Source: Camelus dromedarius (lineage: Eukaryota). From it: a stretch of 64,000 nt of DNA. The notes beneath the pieces were generated by a model. It was given only the letters and a program-made list of their open reading frames with translations. It ran no database searches and was not told where the DNA came from. Positions 26,800 to 40,049 of the stretch are shown piece by piece (positions within the stretch are counted from its first letter, which is position 1; the number at the start of each line of letters is the position of its first letter). Location: positions 96,970,001 through 97,034,000 of the forward strand of contig NC_087436.1 in assembly GCF_036321535.1 (NCBI RefSeq), given 5' to 3'. A program made the translations under genes and the position numbers.

Positions 26800-27330
26800 G
26801 ACATAATTAATTGATCACCTGTGTGAGCCTGACCCTTTACTAGGTGTTAGAGATACAGCTCGAACTTACATTTTGGTTGGGGAGAAAGATAATTACAAAT
26901 GGTGAGAGATGGTATTAAACAAGGCATAGTGGTAGTAATTTCTGAGCTCATACCTTCCATGAGATCATCAGGAAAGGATTCTCTGAAAAAGAAGTGTTTA
27001 GGCTGAAACCTAAAATATGTGAAAGAGGAAGCCTAAAATCTAGGAGAATAGTTTACCAGGCGGAGAGAAAGCAAAGTGCAAATGTCCTGAAGCAAGGAAA
27101 AGCTTCATGTGTTCAAGACACAAAAAGGAGGCCAGTCTGGCTGGAGCTTTGTGTGGCAGGGAGAGGGAAGAGATGGTGCGGGTGAGACAGGTAGAGCCCA
27201 GGAAGTGCTCAATCTTGAAGACAAGGGTGAGGATTGTGGGTTTTCTTCTAAACCCAGGAAAAATCATTCATCAGTTTTAAGTGGGGGGAGGGGGTGAAAT
27301 AATATATTTTATGATTTAAAATACTGTAGA
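26800..27330 (-). mobile_element. L2 fragment
   Basis: caggaaaggattctctgaaaaagaagtgtttaggctgaaacctaaa...aggaggccagtctggctggagc. Confidence 0.7.
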
Positions 27331-27508
27331 TGAATTTCCATGTTTCTAAAGCAATTCTCTGATGCCCTACATCAAAGACATCGAATTATCCTCTCTAGTG
27401 GAATTTTCACAGTAACACATGAATACGCTGTTTTTTCTACTGTCTTTAAAAAGTTTTCTCAACCCCCATTCCCACTTTAAGTATCATCTTGTTTCTCTCA
27501 TTTCCTTT

Positions 27509-27665
27509 AGGAAGGAGAGAGGGAAGAAAAAAGAAGAAAGAAAGGAAAGAAAGAGAGAAAGAAAGAAATTGAGAATGGGGCAGGGAGGGAAGGTGGGAGG
27601 AAGGAAGAAAGAGAGGGAGGGAGGAAGGGAGAGAAGGTGAGAGGAAGGAAGGAAGAAAGAAAAAG
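27509..27665. repeat. Purine-rich (GAAA/GGAA/GGGA) low-complexity tract
   Basis: About 155 bp almost entirely A/G on the + strand. Confidence 0.9.
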
Positions 27666-27689
27666 TCTTGAAAAAGTTGTCTATATGCT

Positions 27690-28830
27690 CTGACTGCAAT
27701 GTATCTACTTCCATTCGCTCTTAATCCCACATTAGTAGACTAGCAACCTCACTGCTCCACAGAAACAACCCTCTATCATGGTTATCAATGGCCTTCATGT
27801 TGCTAGAGCCACCTTGTCTTTTCTCAGTCTTTATCTCAGGTGACCTACCAGCAGCTTCTGCCACTGTTCATGCTATGCCCTCGTTTCATCAGTAGCTTTC
27901 AGGACACCATGTTCTCCTAATATCCCTCCAAATTTTTTGGATCCTCAGTCACTTTTGGTGGTTGTCTCCTCAGTCTCGAAATGTTGGCATCTCCTGCCCC
28001 TTGATTCTATCTGTGTCCCCTAGATTATTTGGTCCATGCCTGTGCTTTTTAAATAGCATCTATGTGCTGAAGTCTCTTACATGCATAGCTCCATCTTGGA
28101 CCTCTACTCTGAACTCCTGATCCACATATACGGTGGTCTACTTAGCACCCTGGAGGTCTAATAGACATTGAAACTGAGCATGTTAAAAGCACAGCTCCTG
28201 CTGCCTGTCTCCCACCCACCCCCACAAAAAGGAACGGCTCCACTTCTGTTAATGGTGGCTTCATCGTTCCAACTGCACAGGCCAAAACCTTGAGGCTATT
28301 CTTAATGTCTTTTCTTTTACCTACTTTATTGTCAAGCCTGATTGATTCTGCTATCAAAATATAGTCATAATCTCTCTAGTTACTTTTACCTCCACTACTG
28401 CTACCCTGAAAAAAGTCATTATCCTCTCTTGTGCAGGTGCTTCCAATTGGCTCCTAACTGGTATCTCTGCTTTTGTTTTTGTTCCCCTAAATATATTCTA
28501 AATACAGCAGCCACAGTGATACTTTTCAAACAAACTCATCATATCACTTCTCTCCTTAAAGGTAAGTGGTTTCAGTAGATTCAGTGTCATCCCTTCCCAC
28601 TCAGAAAACAACCAAAGACTTTTTTCTATCAGTTACAAATCCATACATGATTGGCCCCTTTTGACATCTCTAAATGCTTTTCTCACTCACTTTGCTCCAG
28701 CTACAGTGACTTCCTTGCTGTTTCTCAAACATTCCAGATGCTTTTCCGCTTTAGAGCTTTGAACTTGTTCCTTCCACTGCCTGGCCAATTCCTCACCTAG
28801 ACATTCACATGGGAAGTTCACTAACTTGCA
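27690..28830 (+). mobile_element. L2 LINE, long 3' fragment
   Basis: atcaatggccttcatgttgcta...catctatgtgctga...ctgaactcc...ggccaaaaccttgagg...tcactttgctccagctacagtgacttccttgctgtttctcaaaca. Confidence 0.8.
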
Positions 28831-28844
28831 GCAGATAGTGATCA

Positions 28845-29520
28845 TCAGGAAACACAAACTACATTGTCTTTCAACAGAGAAGATGTGATATGGAATTGGT
28901 GAAGCAGGTGTTGTAGGGCAGGAACAGCCAAAAGCCCAAGAGTAAGGTTAACACTCGTTAATAAAGACAGGAAGCAGCTACCACCTCAAGCAGTAGGAGA
29001 CACAAATGGAAGGCTTTGGGGCTTTCAAAACCCAGCAGCTCAGAGGACTGGCCATGGAGTCGTGGCTCAGACATCCAAGGATGGCACACTGATCATCTTG
29101 TGTTGTCGGGATCTCAGGAGCTCAGAGGAGAAGACGGTAATGTTTGGTCTCATATCTCAGAAGAGGGACCATTGCCTGTCTGCACTGTTGCCTCAGGGAA
29201 CCAAATGAGGGGATTGGAGAGCTGAGGCCTAGATCTGTGAGATGGGGGCTCTCAGGGGCCAAAATGAGACCCTCTTCCAAAGTGCCAAACAAATTTGAAA
29301 ACTAGAATCAACTTTTCTTCTAGGGTGAAAGTGCCACTTCTAGAGCAATACTGGCAGGAACAGAAAGCAAATAGGAATGAGGAAATCCCTTCCTTCCTTG
29401 CCCTGCATTTCAGTCTCCTTCTAGTGAAACCTATTGGAAGAAATGGGAAGAAAGCAACTGACAACAGAAAAAAATAATTCACAGAGTTCCAATCATCAGC
29501 CTGCAGAACAGAGAATCAGA
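28845..29520 (-). mobile_element. Old ERVL-class LTR (family uncertain)
   Basis: acaggaagcagctaccacc...cagtctccttctagtgaaacctattgg...cagagttccaatc, motifs shared with old ERVL LTRs. Confidence 0.5.
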
Positions 29521-29726
29521 ATGACTTGATTCCTGGGCTCTATTCGTGGAGAGAAAGTCTGACTCAGTAGATCTCAGGTTCTCAAGTAAACACAAAAAAA
29601 ATCTATGTTTTTAAGGTCTCCAAGTAATGCTGACATTTAACTGGATTTGGAAACCACCGATCCAGAACCAACCCTCCAGTGTGCAGTGAGGAAACTGAAA
29701 GAAGAACAATGAAGTGTCTTACGGTC

Positions 29727-30205
29727 TATGACGGGCCATTTTATGTTCAATTTGCCTGGATTACCCAGATATTTTAGTCAAAACAGTATCCTGGGTATTT
29801 CTGTATTCTGGGATGAGCTTCACATTGAAATTGGTAGACTGAGTAAAGGACTTTGCCCTCAACGATGTGGGTGTGCCTCATCCAATCAGTTGTTCTAATC
29901 AAGCCTGCATAGAATAAAAAGGCTGACCTCTCTCTGAATAAGAAAGACTTCCTCCTCCCTGACTGCCTTTGAGCTCAGACGTTGGCTTTTTCCTGCCTTC
30001 AGGAAACGAAGACATTGACTCTTTCCAGGTTTCAAGCCTAAAGGTCTTTGAACTACACCTACACCATTGGCTCTCCTGGGTCTCCAGCTTGTTGAATGCA
30101 GATATTGGGTTTTGTCACCCTCCATATTTGTATGATCCCATTCTTATAATAAATCTATTTCCCTCTCTCTCTCTCTCTCTCTCTCTCCCTCCCTTCCCCT
30201 CCCTC

Positions 30206-30253
<48 letters not shown>

Positions 30254-30287
30254 GGTTCTGTTTCTCTGGAGAATCCTGAATAATATA
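29727..30287 (+). mobile_element. MLT2 (C/D-like) complete solo LTR
   Basis: gtagactgagtaaa...cctcatccaatcagttg...tggttctgtttctctggagaatcctgaataatata; 5-bp TSD cggtc (29722-26) / tggtc (30288-92). Confidence 0.88.
30163..30248. repeat. (CT)12 / C-rich spacer / (AC)19 compound microsatellite inside the MLT2 LTR
   Basis: Seen directly in the sequence. Confidence 0.95.
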
Positions 30288-31814
30288 TGGTCTGTAACTC
30301 TGAAGTTCTAGCTAAATTTAAGAAAAAAAAATTAAAACATATCCTAAATATTTGTCTAAATTGTTTACATTAGCGTGAATGAAAATATAATCACATAGAT
30401 TATAATGTTGCATTTTTTCCAAATAATTAAGAGATGGACAATAGGGTATCACAAAACCCAGCATTTAGCCCAGTGATGTCTAACAGATTGTTAGACGCTA
30501 GACATTATTAGATCTGAAAGAGAGAAAGATAATAGCAAATGTATAAAATATGGGGGTGATGCAAAGATTATAAATGATGCAGCTAACAGTAAAGGGGAAA
30601 AATGAAGGAAGTATACTTCAAGGGGATTTTATTTATACAGAATGAACAAAGTAGGATTCAATGTGGAAACAATCCCCCATCAATATGATATGAAGTAAGA
30701 AAAATATTCCAGCCAGATATAAGCAGGGTGTGCCTGTCCTTTTCTGCACGGTTTTTGGACAGTGACTCTCTGTGTTTAACAAGCAGATTTGGTGAGGAAT
30801 AAGAGCTAGCACGTGTTCAGTCTAGAGCACTGTGTCATAAATCTGTGTGATTTAGTTTTTAAAAATATCCCAGACCATTGATCAGAGGAACAGGATCAAT
30901 GGCAGTGAAAGGCACTCTAAAATTACCCTGTCCACACATTTGGAAACAGCGCAGTTACTAAAGTATGAGGGCTAGAATGCCGGTGGAGAATAATCAGAAT
31001 AATTGTACTTTAAGATTAAAATACAAGTTGGAGAATATCTGATTACTTCTTTTCCCAATTGCTTCTCTTCTCATTAAATATATTAGATATCTATTTGTGC
31101 CGCTTCCCCTCAAATATATTAAAATAGACACTATTTTTATTAAACTTGCTGTTTATTCTCAATGAAAATAGAGATAATTCTGTGTGTTTCAAGCCTATGA
31201 GATTTTTTCTTTGATTTCATATGCTGTCATTCTTCTACTGACAACATAAGCAGAAAAACACATGCACAGGACTTTGCATGACATCTGCTGGTTAAGGGTG
31301 TACATGATGCAAAAGCTAATTTTTTTTCCAAATACATCAGTGGATAACTTCCCACAGGACGAAATGGCTTCCGTTCATCCAAAATGTTTCACATTCTTTA
31401 AACAGCAGGATTTCATTTTACACAAGTAAATACTAACACATTAGAGAATAAAAGGCAGTCAGCTTGGGATATCCTAACTTCCTCATTTCCTATGTCTTTA
31501 TTATTTTCTTGAGTGCTATGGTGTTTCCTCTAAAACTATGTCAACTTAGTAAACCTGCAACTGCAGCTGACCTGAGACTTAGTGAATGACTGAAAGCAGC
31601 AGTGTGTCCTAGTGACACAGGTGTGTTAGAGGGATGGCACCTAGTAAGAGATCAGTGTGACCTGAGGGTTAAGAGTTAGCCCTCATCAGCCCAAAATGTT
31701 TCTAACATTACCTTAAGCTATACTATTAGAAGATTATGTCTTTAGTATAAGGTATATCCCTTATTCAAATGCAATAATGTAGTTTATCCATTTGCAACAT
31801 GATTTGAATTATGT

Positions 31815-32246
31815 TTGTGCTGCTAACTCTCCATTAGCCTCTCACCTGGATCCAGTGTCTGACCTCTGCAACCTCAGGTATTGACCGCAGCAGACTGTGG
31901 CACCCAGGCTCCCCTGCTGCCTGGCTTCTGGTTGGGCTGGGCAGTGCGAGGCACCAGCAGGAGAACAGGTGGCAGGAGGACTGAGATATCTTGGTGTTTT
32001 TCCTTACTCCTTCCCTGCTTGGGTGCTGGGCCTTCGGGTGCTGTGCCTCTGGCAGGAGTTGTATCTCTCCATGAGCACGGCTCCTATCTAAGGCTCTTCC
32101 TTCAGGGTGCAGCCACTGCTAATTTCTGAGTGCCCTCACCATCCTTTGGCATTCTCATAGTTTTGATCATGCCTCTTTAAGTAGTGACTTCAATAATGGC
32201 TTTTTATTTGAACCCTATCCTTATTTGCCAGGACCTTGAGTGATAA
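31815..32246 (+). mobile_element. LTR33-like ERVL LTR
   Basis: cacccaggctcccctgctgcctggcttctggttgggctgggcagtgcgaggcaccagcaggaga...ccaggaccttgagtgataa. Confidence 0.7.
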
Positions 32247-33061
32247 CCTTTGTAAGGGAGACCCACTTTATATAAAGGGGGAGAAACAAAAGAAGAGGAG
32301 GGATAACATGTGAAGGAGAAAAGACAATGAAAAGTCAGGAGTCTATAAGGGCAGACCCCCTACTTTCTTATTCGGCCACGGACTTTCCCAAAATGACAGC
32401 ATCCACGTATCTGAGAGCCCCTATTCTTCAAGTTAATATTCTGTATTCTGTGTCTAGGGGTAACTTTTGTGTATTGCTCCATTAGAACTTATGCTCTATG
32501 AGAATAGGGTAGTTTGCTCTGAGAACAGGTGGTTTTGTGTTGCTGCTTTTTAATTGATTTGACTACTAATAACCAGATATCTAAAACTAAGCATACAGTA
32601 GCTCATCAATAAGTATTTGTTAAATTGAAGAAGTAACTGGATTATTGTTTGAATGCATAAATTAATGGATAGATGAATGGATGGATGAAGAGTCACTGGC
32701 TGATTCATTTTCTTTCAATAGGCCACATATCCTTAGATCCTATCCAGACTATTTCTTGAAGACACAGTGAAATGCACTAGCTAAGGTGTACTCAGGAAAG
32801 ATAGGGAACCCTGAAATGATGTGCTGTGAAAAGGATTCTACTTACATACATTTAACATAAATACACTGTACAGCAATAAGTAAATAAATTAAGCCTCCCA
32901 GTTACGGCAAAGATTAAAAACATGCTTATATATTCATTATAACAGTTTTACAGAGACAATCAAATTTCTAGTCTGTCTTTTGGATAAGTTACTTAATTCT
33001 TGACATTTTTATTTCTTCATGTATTTAATAGGATACAGTATAATAATATAATATTTAAAAG

Positions 33062-33558
33062 CAGTGGTATGCTGGTAAGCGTTGAAATTGTCTCTCTAGG
33101 AAAATAGAAAAAAACACAAATGCCAATTGATACTATTTGCTGATTTCTGCAGTGTAAATACTCCCACTAAATTCCTTAGTTTTCTGTTGCTGCCATGGAA
33201 ATTTCCTATCCACACTCATCTCTCTGACCATATTTCTGCTTTTACATATTTTTCTCTGACTACAGGTGGGGAAAGTTCCTTATTTTTAAGGATTCGTGTG
33301 ATCAGATTGACCCACCTGGATAGTAATCTCCCCAGAGTCAGTATCCTTAATAACATCTTCAAAGTCCCTTTTGACATGTAAAGTAACATGTTCACCGGTT
33401 CCAGGGATTACGACAGGGACAACTTTGGGAGGTCGTTATTCTGCCTACAACACTCACTGTGGCCAATTTCAAGCTACCAAGATGAAACAATGGGCTCAAA
33501 AAAATTCTGAAATTTTAGCAATCAGCTCATGTGAGCCAGCAGAACAATCAGTTCCTGC
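33062..33558. mobile_element. MER63-like hAT-Blackjack element, split by an MLT1 fragment
   Basis: cagtggtatgctggtaa...gtgtaaatactcccact | tggccaatttcaagctaccaa...aaaattctgaaattttagcaatcagctc. Confidence 0.7.
33172..33452 (-). mobile_element. Internally deleted MLT1 (D/E-like) LTR
   Basis: ttagttttctgttgctgcc...caaagtcccttttgacatgtaaagtaacat...ttccagggatta...ttattctgcctacaaca. Confidence 0.7.
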
Positions 33559-33569
33559 TATCAGAATTC

Positions 33570-33790
33570 AGAACATGAATTCCAGCATCAGAATGCCTGG
33601 ATATGAATCTTGACTCTGCAAAATATGGCTATGTGTTTTGAACAAGTTACTTATCCTCTATATGTCTCAATCCTTATCTATATAATGGCAATAAAGTAGG
33701 ATTTCATTGGGTATTTGAGAGAATTGATAACAGAGATAATTCATGTAAAATACTTAGAAAATTCAAGTACTTGATGTATGTTAATTATTA
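33570..33790 (+). mobile_element. MIR SINE
   Basis: atgcctggatatgaatcttgactctgc...caagttacttatcctctatatgtctca...gataattcatgtaaaatacttagaa. Confidence 0.7.
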
Positions 33791-33814
33791 TTTTTATGTT
33801 TGTATCATCTTTTT

Positions 33815-34726
33815 ATTGAAGTATAATTGACATATACCATTATATTAGTTTTATGTGTACAACATAATGTATCTATATTTGTAAATGTTGCAAAATTATC
33901 ACTACAATAAGTATAGTTAACATCTGGCCCCATACATAGTTACAAAATTGTTTTCTTATGATGAAAATTTTTAAGATCTCTTTTAGCAGCTTTCAAATGT
34001 GCAATACAGCATTATTAACCATAGTCATCATGCTGTATATTACATTCCTATTACTTTTTTATTGTATAACTGTCAGTTTGTACTTTTTGACTCTCTTTAC
34101 CCATTTCTCCCACCCCCCAGCCCCTGCCTCTGGCTACCACCAATCTGTTCTCTATCTGTGAGCTTGATTTTGTTTTGTTTTGTTTTAGATTCCACACATA
34201 AGTGAGATCATACAGTATTTGTCTTTCTCTGTCTGATTTATTTAACTTAGCATAGTGCCCTCAAGATCCATCCATCTCAAATGGCAAGGTTTCATTTTTG
34301 TGGCTGTATAGTATTCCATTGTACATACCACATCTTTATCTTCTTAATTCATTGATCAATGGACCCTTAGGTTGTTTCCATATCTTGGCTATCATAAATG
34401 ACGCTGCTAATGAACAAGGTGATATGTTCTGTATTGACTTTGTAACCTCCAATTTTATTGAATTTGTTAGGTCTAACAGATTTTTCATGGAGTCTTTAGG
34501 GTTTTCTATATATATCATCATGTTATCTGCAAATAGTGAGTTTTGCTTCTTCTTTTCCAATTTGGATGGTTTCAATTTATTTTTCTTACCCATTTGTTCC
34601 AGCTAAGACTTTGAATACTATGTTGAATGAAAGTGGTGAGAGTGGGCATTCTTGTCTTGTTCGTGATCCTAGAGGAAAAGCTTTCAGGTTTTCATTGTTG
34701 AGTATGATATTAGCTGTTGGCTTGCC
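33815..34726 (-). mobile_element. L1 insertion with internal deletion (RT fragment fused to ORF2 end/3'UTR)
   Basis: RT-like peptide SLFADNMMIYIENPKDS; L1 3'UTR at 33815-34415; 14-bp TSD tgtatcatcttttt at 33801-33814 and 34727-34740. Confidence 0.88.
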
Positions 34727-35726
34727 TGTATCATCTTTTTAATTGATATTAGGATAATAATCTTTCTTATTCTAGTAAAATAAAATATTAAATCTTCCTA
34801 TATACAGTGATTACATAAATAGAAAGCTTAAAACACTTGTTTTCTTCCCAAGGCACATGTAATTTATGTTCATAGCAATTATTTTTAGATGTATCAAGTG
34901 GCTTATGGACATATTGAAATTTTAAAGAAAGGTGCAATTAGTTTGGCAATGTTTATGTTACTCTTTTGTACTAGCCAAATTCTTGGATATACTGTTATTA
35001 AAGTTTTCAAGTAACTACAATATCTAAGCTTAAGAAATAAAAAGGACTCTAAAGTGGACTGCAAAATTGGAGTAGTATCACTTTGGAAGAGAAGAAAAAA
35101 ACGAATGCGTTCAGAATAAGCTTCTCTCAGTAAGAACATGGGTATAACATGAGGGAGGGGCCGAAGGAAACAGGAAAGAATACTCTTCTAGGTTCTACAG
35201 AGTTCTGACAAGGCATTATCTTGAGCAAAGGCTAAATTGCAGCATTTTGCATATTTGACAAGAGGATGAAGAAGTTACCCTATGTCCCTCTTAAACCTTC
35301 TTCTAAATAAACATTCCCCCAAAATTGTTCTCATTTCAAGTATCCAAAATATTTCATATCTTTGGAGCCATAACAAAACTGCCAGATGGGACACAACTCA
35401 CTTATTTGCTTAATTATTAACAAATATTTATTGTAATGATCCAGAAATTATTCATAAAAGAAGCCAGAATAGGGCAAAGGATGTATGAGGTCCAGATGAG
35501 ATCTGCAAGTTGCTTGCTGCTTTAGCTGGCTCCTAAATCCAATTGATCCAAATGTAGTGAGTAGTTCCTGAGTTATCTAAGGTTACGGAGTGACTTAGGT
35601 ATTGACTCTCTGCCTCTTGCATGCGATCGATAGAGAAATATATGGAAGAGGCATCTCTGATCCCTAAAAGTTTATGATTGAGATGGGAAACAATATGAGT
35701 TACATACACCTGGAAGAGTTAGATAA

Positions 35727-36116
35727 TGTTCAAGTCCAACAATCATAAAATTTGAAAAGTTCTCGTTGGCTTTATTCAACAATTCATAAATCGGGAAGCA
35801 TCCATTGTAGAAAATAGAATGGAGCTTCAAAGAGTTATACAAAGCTGCAGAATTTTATAGACCAAAGTGAGCAGGAACAAGGAAGTTACACTGGGAGTCT
35901 GCTGATTGGTTAAAGCAGGGTTACTTTCCTTATATGGAGCAAAGGGAATTTGCAGCCAGGCCTGGTGACTTGTGCTGAGTAGGCAGACCTGGCTGGTTTG
36001 CCTAGGCCTTCCTTTTCTGGAAGAGCTGAGCAGAGGAACTTAGTTAAGTTCAGGTTTGCTGATGTGGAGCTTAGCATAAGCAACCCCATCTTGGGTTTAG
36101 TCTGGACACTTTAACG
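35727..36116 (-). mobile_element. ERV1-type solo LTR (family uncertain)
   Basis: The ends are tgtt...taacg. The minus strand carries CCAAT (~35905), TATAAAA (~35853) and AATAAA (~35771) in LTR order. Confidence 0.65.
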
Positions 36117-39100
36117 GAAATAGCAAATGAGTAATCTTAAAAAAAAAAAATCACAAAGCATCACGTGGTTAAACAGAGAAATGGGTGATAGAGACAAGTG
36201 TAATGAGTTCAGAGGAGTCACTGTGGTTGGAAAGCCCTAAAGGAGAAAAGATTTGAGAAACATCTCATCTGGCTAGAGGTCTGAAGGGAAGAGTTTATTC
36301 CAGGCAGAGATAGTTAGTTAGCATGTGCAACAGGCCAGTGCTGTAAGGGATGTTCTTGTAGGACAGTGAGGAGAACATTTGAAATGACCCCTCCTCTTGT
36401 TTAGAATTTTCCCCTTTCAATCCCAAATAGTAGACTTTTTCACATCAGCCATCTCTTATCAGACTTTCCAGATTTTCTTCTGAAAAAAAAAAAAAATCAG
36501 AAATAGCTGTAAAAACCAGCCATAGATTTTATTTTCTTCATGTCACTTTCTTGGTGTGGCTTGTTCTTAAAACCTATCTGTTTTTTGTTTTTGATTTCTA
36601 TCCTCTTTTAGCAGTGTAAGATAAAGGAAACCTAAACTCTCACTTCCTCCCCAGATATTTTGGGATGCCAAACGTCAAAGAACATGACAGGGAGGGAGGT
36701 TTCCATGACAAGAAATCCAGCCATGTCACAATTCTGTTTCCTTTTAGGGTCTTTTTGTACTGCTTCATGTCATTTCAATGTGAAAAGTTGTCCTAAAAAC
36801 AATATACTGATAAAAAGGATCTGTTTATTACTATTCCTTCATGTTTTTTACATCAGCTTTGTATCTATAATTATACTTTCCAAAACTTTATTTTGCATTG
36901 AACCGAATGTATATCTCAGCATAATATACTAATATGGTAGATATATTATCAGACTAAGCAGTGTATTTAACAGCCTTCATTTCCAAGGCAAAGATTAACT
37001 ATGATTTTTTTTTCTCCATGTAGTAAACAGGCTTCTTTTTCTTCCTGATTCTTTGCTTCTGAAAGAATAGGTTTGCCCTGCTGGGAGCATTTAGCCTGCA
37101 GCTCCACCCACAAGCCACAGAGAACCCAATAGATTTTATTAGTATTCTCAGCAAAGTATTAAAAGGAAAACTCCAAAATAATGAGGGCAGACACCTGGCC
37201 ATGTCTGGTTTTGTTTACCATTATATCCTTAGAACCTGGCATAATATATGGCACATAGTAGGTGCTCAAATAATGCATGCTGAATGAAAGACTTAGGGAA
37301 TGAAAGTTTCTCAGGAAAAAATTATTTTTTTCAAGTTGTTGAAGTTACATCATCTAGCACTCTACCTGACTCTGAGCTGATCAGTATACAATAATTAATT
37401 TGATGAAAAACCAATCATGAATGAATGAATGAATGCAAGAACACATTAATGAAATAATCTCCACTGAAATATGCACAGATACTCAAAAGGGATGGATACT
37501 ACCTCACATTTTCTTTTCTCTAATATGAAAGATACTCAAAAATTGTAATCCATCCGCTGACTCTATTGTCCTAATATATTCCAATGGATACACTTCCAGT
37601 TTGCCTGGTGAGCAGAGTACTGTGGAACCTCAGGCTACAAACTGATGAATGGAGAAGTACTTTCCCATTGACCCTTGCAAACTGTGTGGGGCAGGTTTGG
37701 CTCTGCATCTGTTACTGTTGCTTATGGTGCCAAGGCCCCCACAGGTACACTTTCTGACTTTTTAGCTGCCAAGGAAAGAATCTTTGCAGAATCTGAGGAG
37801 GGATAGATATGTTTTCAATCATGTCTCTGGTGTTCAGTTGTCAGATTAATGAGTAGAACAGATATTTCTACTAAGAAAAAAATGATAGAGTGGGTGTCTT
37901 TCTCCAAAGCAAGGACTACATCCATCAGTCTTGTACTTCTGCCAGAACAGAAGGGCAAGGAGCACTCCTTTTCTTACCTACTTGTCCTCAGTGTTGATCC
38001 AGATGCTTCCTATTAAATAGAAATCATCATTTAACTGTTGTGCCCTTTACAGTGAGCCATAAGTTCCCTCTACTATGACTCCCAAATTACAAGAAAACCC
38101 TGCCCAGAAGTGATGTTTTTTATAAAAAGCTTTGACATTTAGATTTTTTTTTAACTGTTCAAAATTGTTTTCCTTGAATGTTGGGCAGACACTAATTGCA
38201 CTTCTGATGTATCTACAGAAAATCAAAGTAGAGATATTGGATGATAATTCTCCCACACTAGAGTGTAATCTTCTTGAGAACAAAAACTGATGTATTCATC
38301 TCTTTATGCCTGATAATATAGATGCTCAATAAATATTTGCTGGTTAGAGGGATGAATGAATGGAGAGACAGATGGACAGATGGGAGGGACCTGCATATAC
38401 CAAAGCCAAATAGCCCTCAACAAGGAAACAGTGTGAGGAGTAATCTCATTTATTTGCCCTTGGTCCCAGAGATGTACCACTCAAAGGGCTTACAATCTAG
38501 CTGATAAGTGATGCAATGGAGAGTTTGCTCACTAGGTAATGTTTTGGAAACATTTCCTACAAACGGAAATTCTAAAATACTTTTGAAAAAGTCCCATCTG
38601 GTAGGTCATCACAGGAGCACCTTTCTCAGCCAAGAATAGCAGGGTGACAGGTGAGGTGCTGTAGGGAAATAATTGACTGCCTTTGGCCTTAATGGGGATG
38701 AACCATACTTAAGCTGGCATATGTGGTAAGTCAGAGGTGATTCAGACTTTCCCAGAAGCCAGGTCTGGGATCATTGCCAGGCTAACTGAGAAACACTGTT
38801 TTTTAATTTGAGAGATTGCCATTTGGTCTCTCTTCTTTAAAAAAATTCTATGCTAGTAAATGGAACTTTTTTCATCTCTATGTTCATGTGAATTTTTTGT
38901 ATTTTTTCATCAGTAATAATAATAGTGGTTATGTTTTTACTCACAATTTTTGTCTAAAAATTGAGTTTTGTATATATTTCATAAAAGACTTTGGTGAAAA
39001 TATATAAAAAGACTGCCAAAAAGAGCAGCCTTACAATTAAGTAAGTTTGGTAACCATCTTTGTGGCAAGAATTGAAGGAGTCCAGGAAGGCTCTTGCATA

Positions 39101-40049
39101 CCCTACCACCTGCCACAATGTCTGAATTTGCCCATTGAAATATATATACATATATATGTATAAGTTTTATACATGTGTAAGTATATATATTTAAGTTTTT
39201 CAGGCTTTCGGGGGCCCATTATGAGAGTAATAACACTTATTAACGTCATGTAATCTTTAAGTAGAATTTGCCAGATATGTGATTCATGAGCCATCATGGC
39301 ATGATCGTTCTCTCTCTCTCACCCTTAAATTGGTCACAGCACTCATGGTGTTGGAATCCTCAAGACAAATTTTTAGGAAGCCATCGCCAAAGGATTGGAA
39401 TTGAGTTGCAAAATGATACCAACTTGCTCTCCCAGCTCTAAGCAGATTTACTGACAGCTGGCAGTGATCAAGAGATTCACCCACCTTGATCTCAAAATAA
39501 GACAAAGCACGTGATCACAGAAAAATGTCCCTGTGACAGTTTTCTGATTATTAATGATCAACATGTTAGAGTCACTCCAATGGAAAATATACAATAATCT
39601 GGGCTTCTCAACAATTGAGAGAGATTAGTGAGGTAAAATTAAAGAAAAGCACAAAGAAGCATTCATTCATCTTCACATGAACTGATTTTGTGAATAAATG
39701 TTCCATATCCATTCTGAACATTATCATACAGGCACCCAAGGGAATTGAATAAAGGCATGTGTTCTGCTCTATTGAAGCTTCCAATCAGAAGGAAAGTTAT
39801 ACTGTTGAGCTATGAAACCATAAAACACCATTAAGGAGCTTTGTAAAATATAGACGCAGGACTGAGAAATTTGGAATTTTTAAAATTAAATCAGCAAATA
39901 GCATGTCATAGTATAGTCCCTTAACTCTTTTAATAGTGTTTCCCAAACCTGTTATTCCCCTACCACAGTCACAATTTTTAAAATCACAATTTTTCTGCAT
40001 ACTAGTTGTATAATTATTTAAATGAAATTTTAAATGAAATTGTTTATTT

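Noticed and set aside
27419..27730. Lys/Arg/Glu-rich and Phe/Leu/Ser-rich ORFs
   Set aside because: They are translations of a purine-rich simple repeat.
34298..34742. Reverse-transcriptase-like ORF
   Set aside because: It is a short L1 RT remnant with an altered catalytic motif, frameshifts and a deletion, so it is non-functional.
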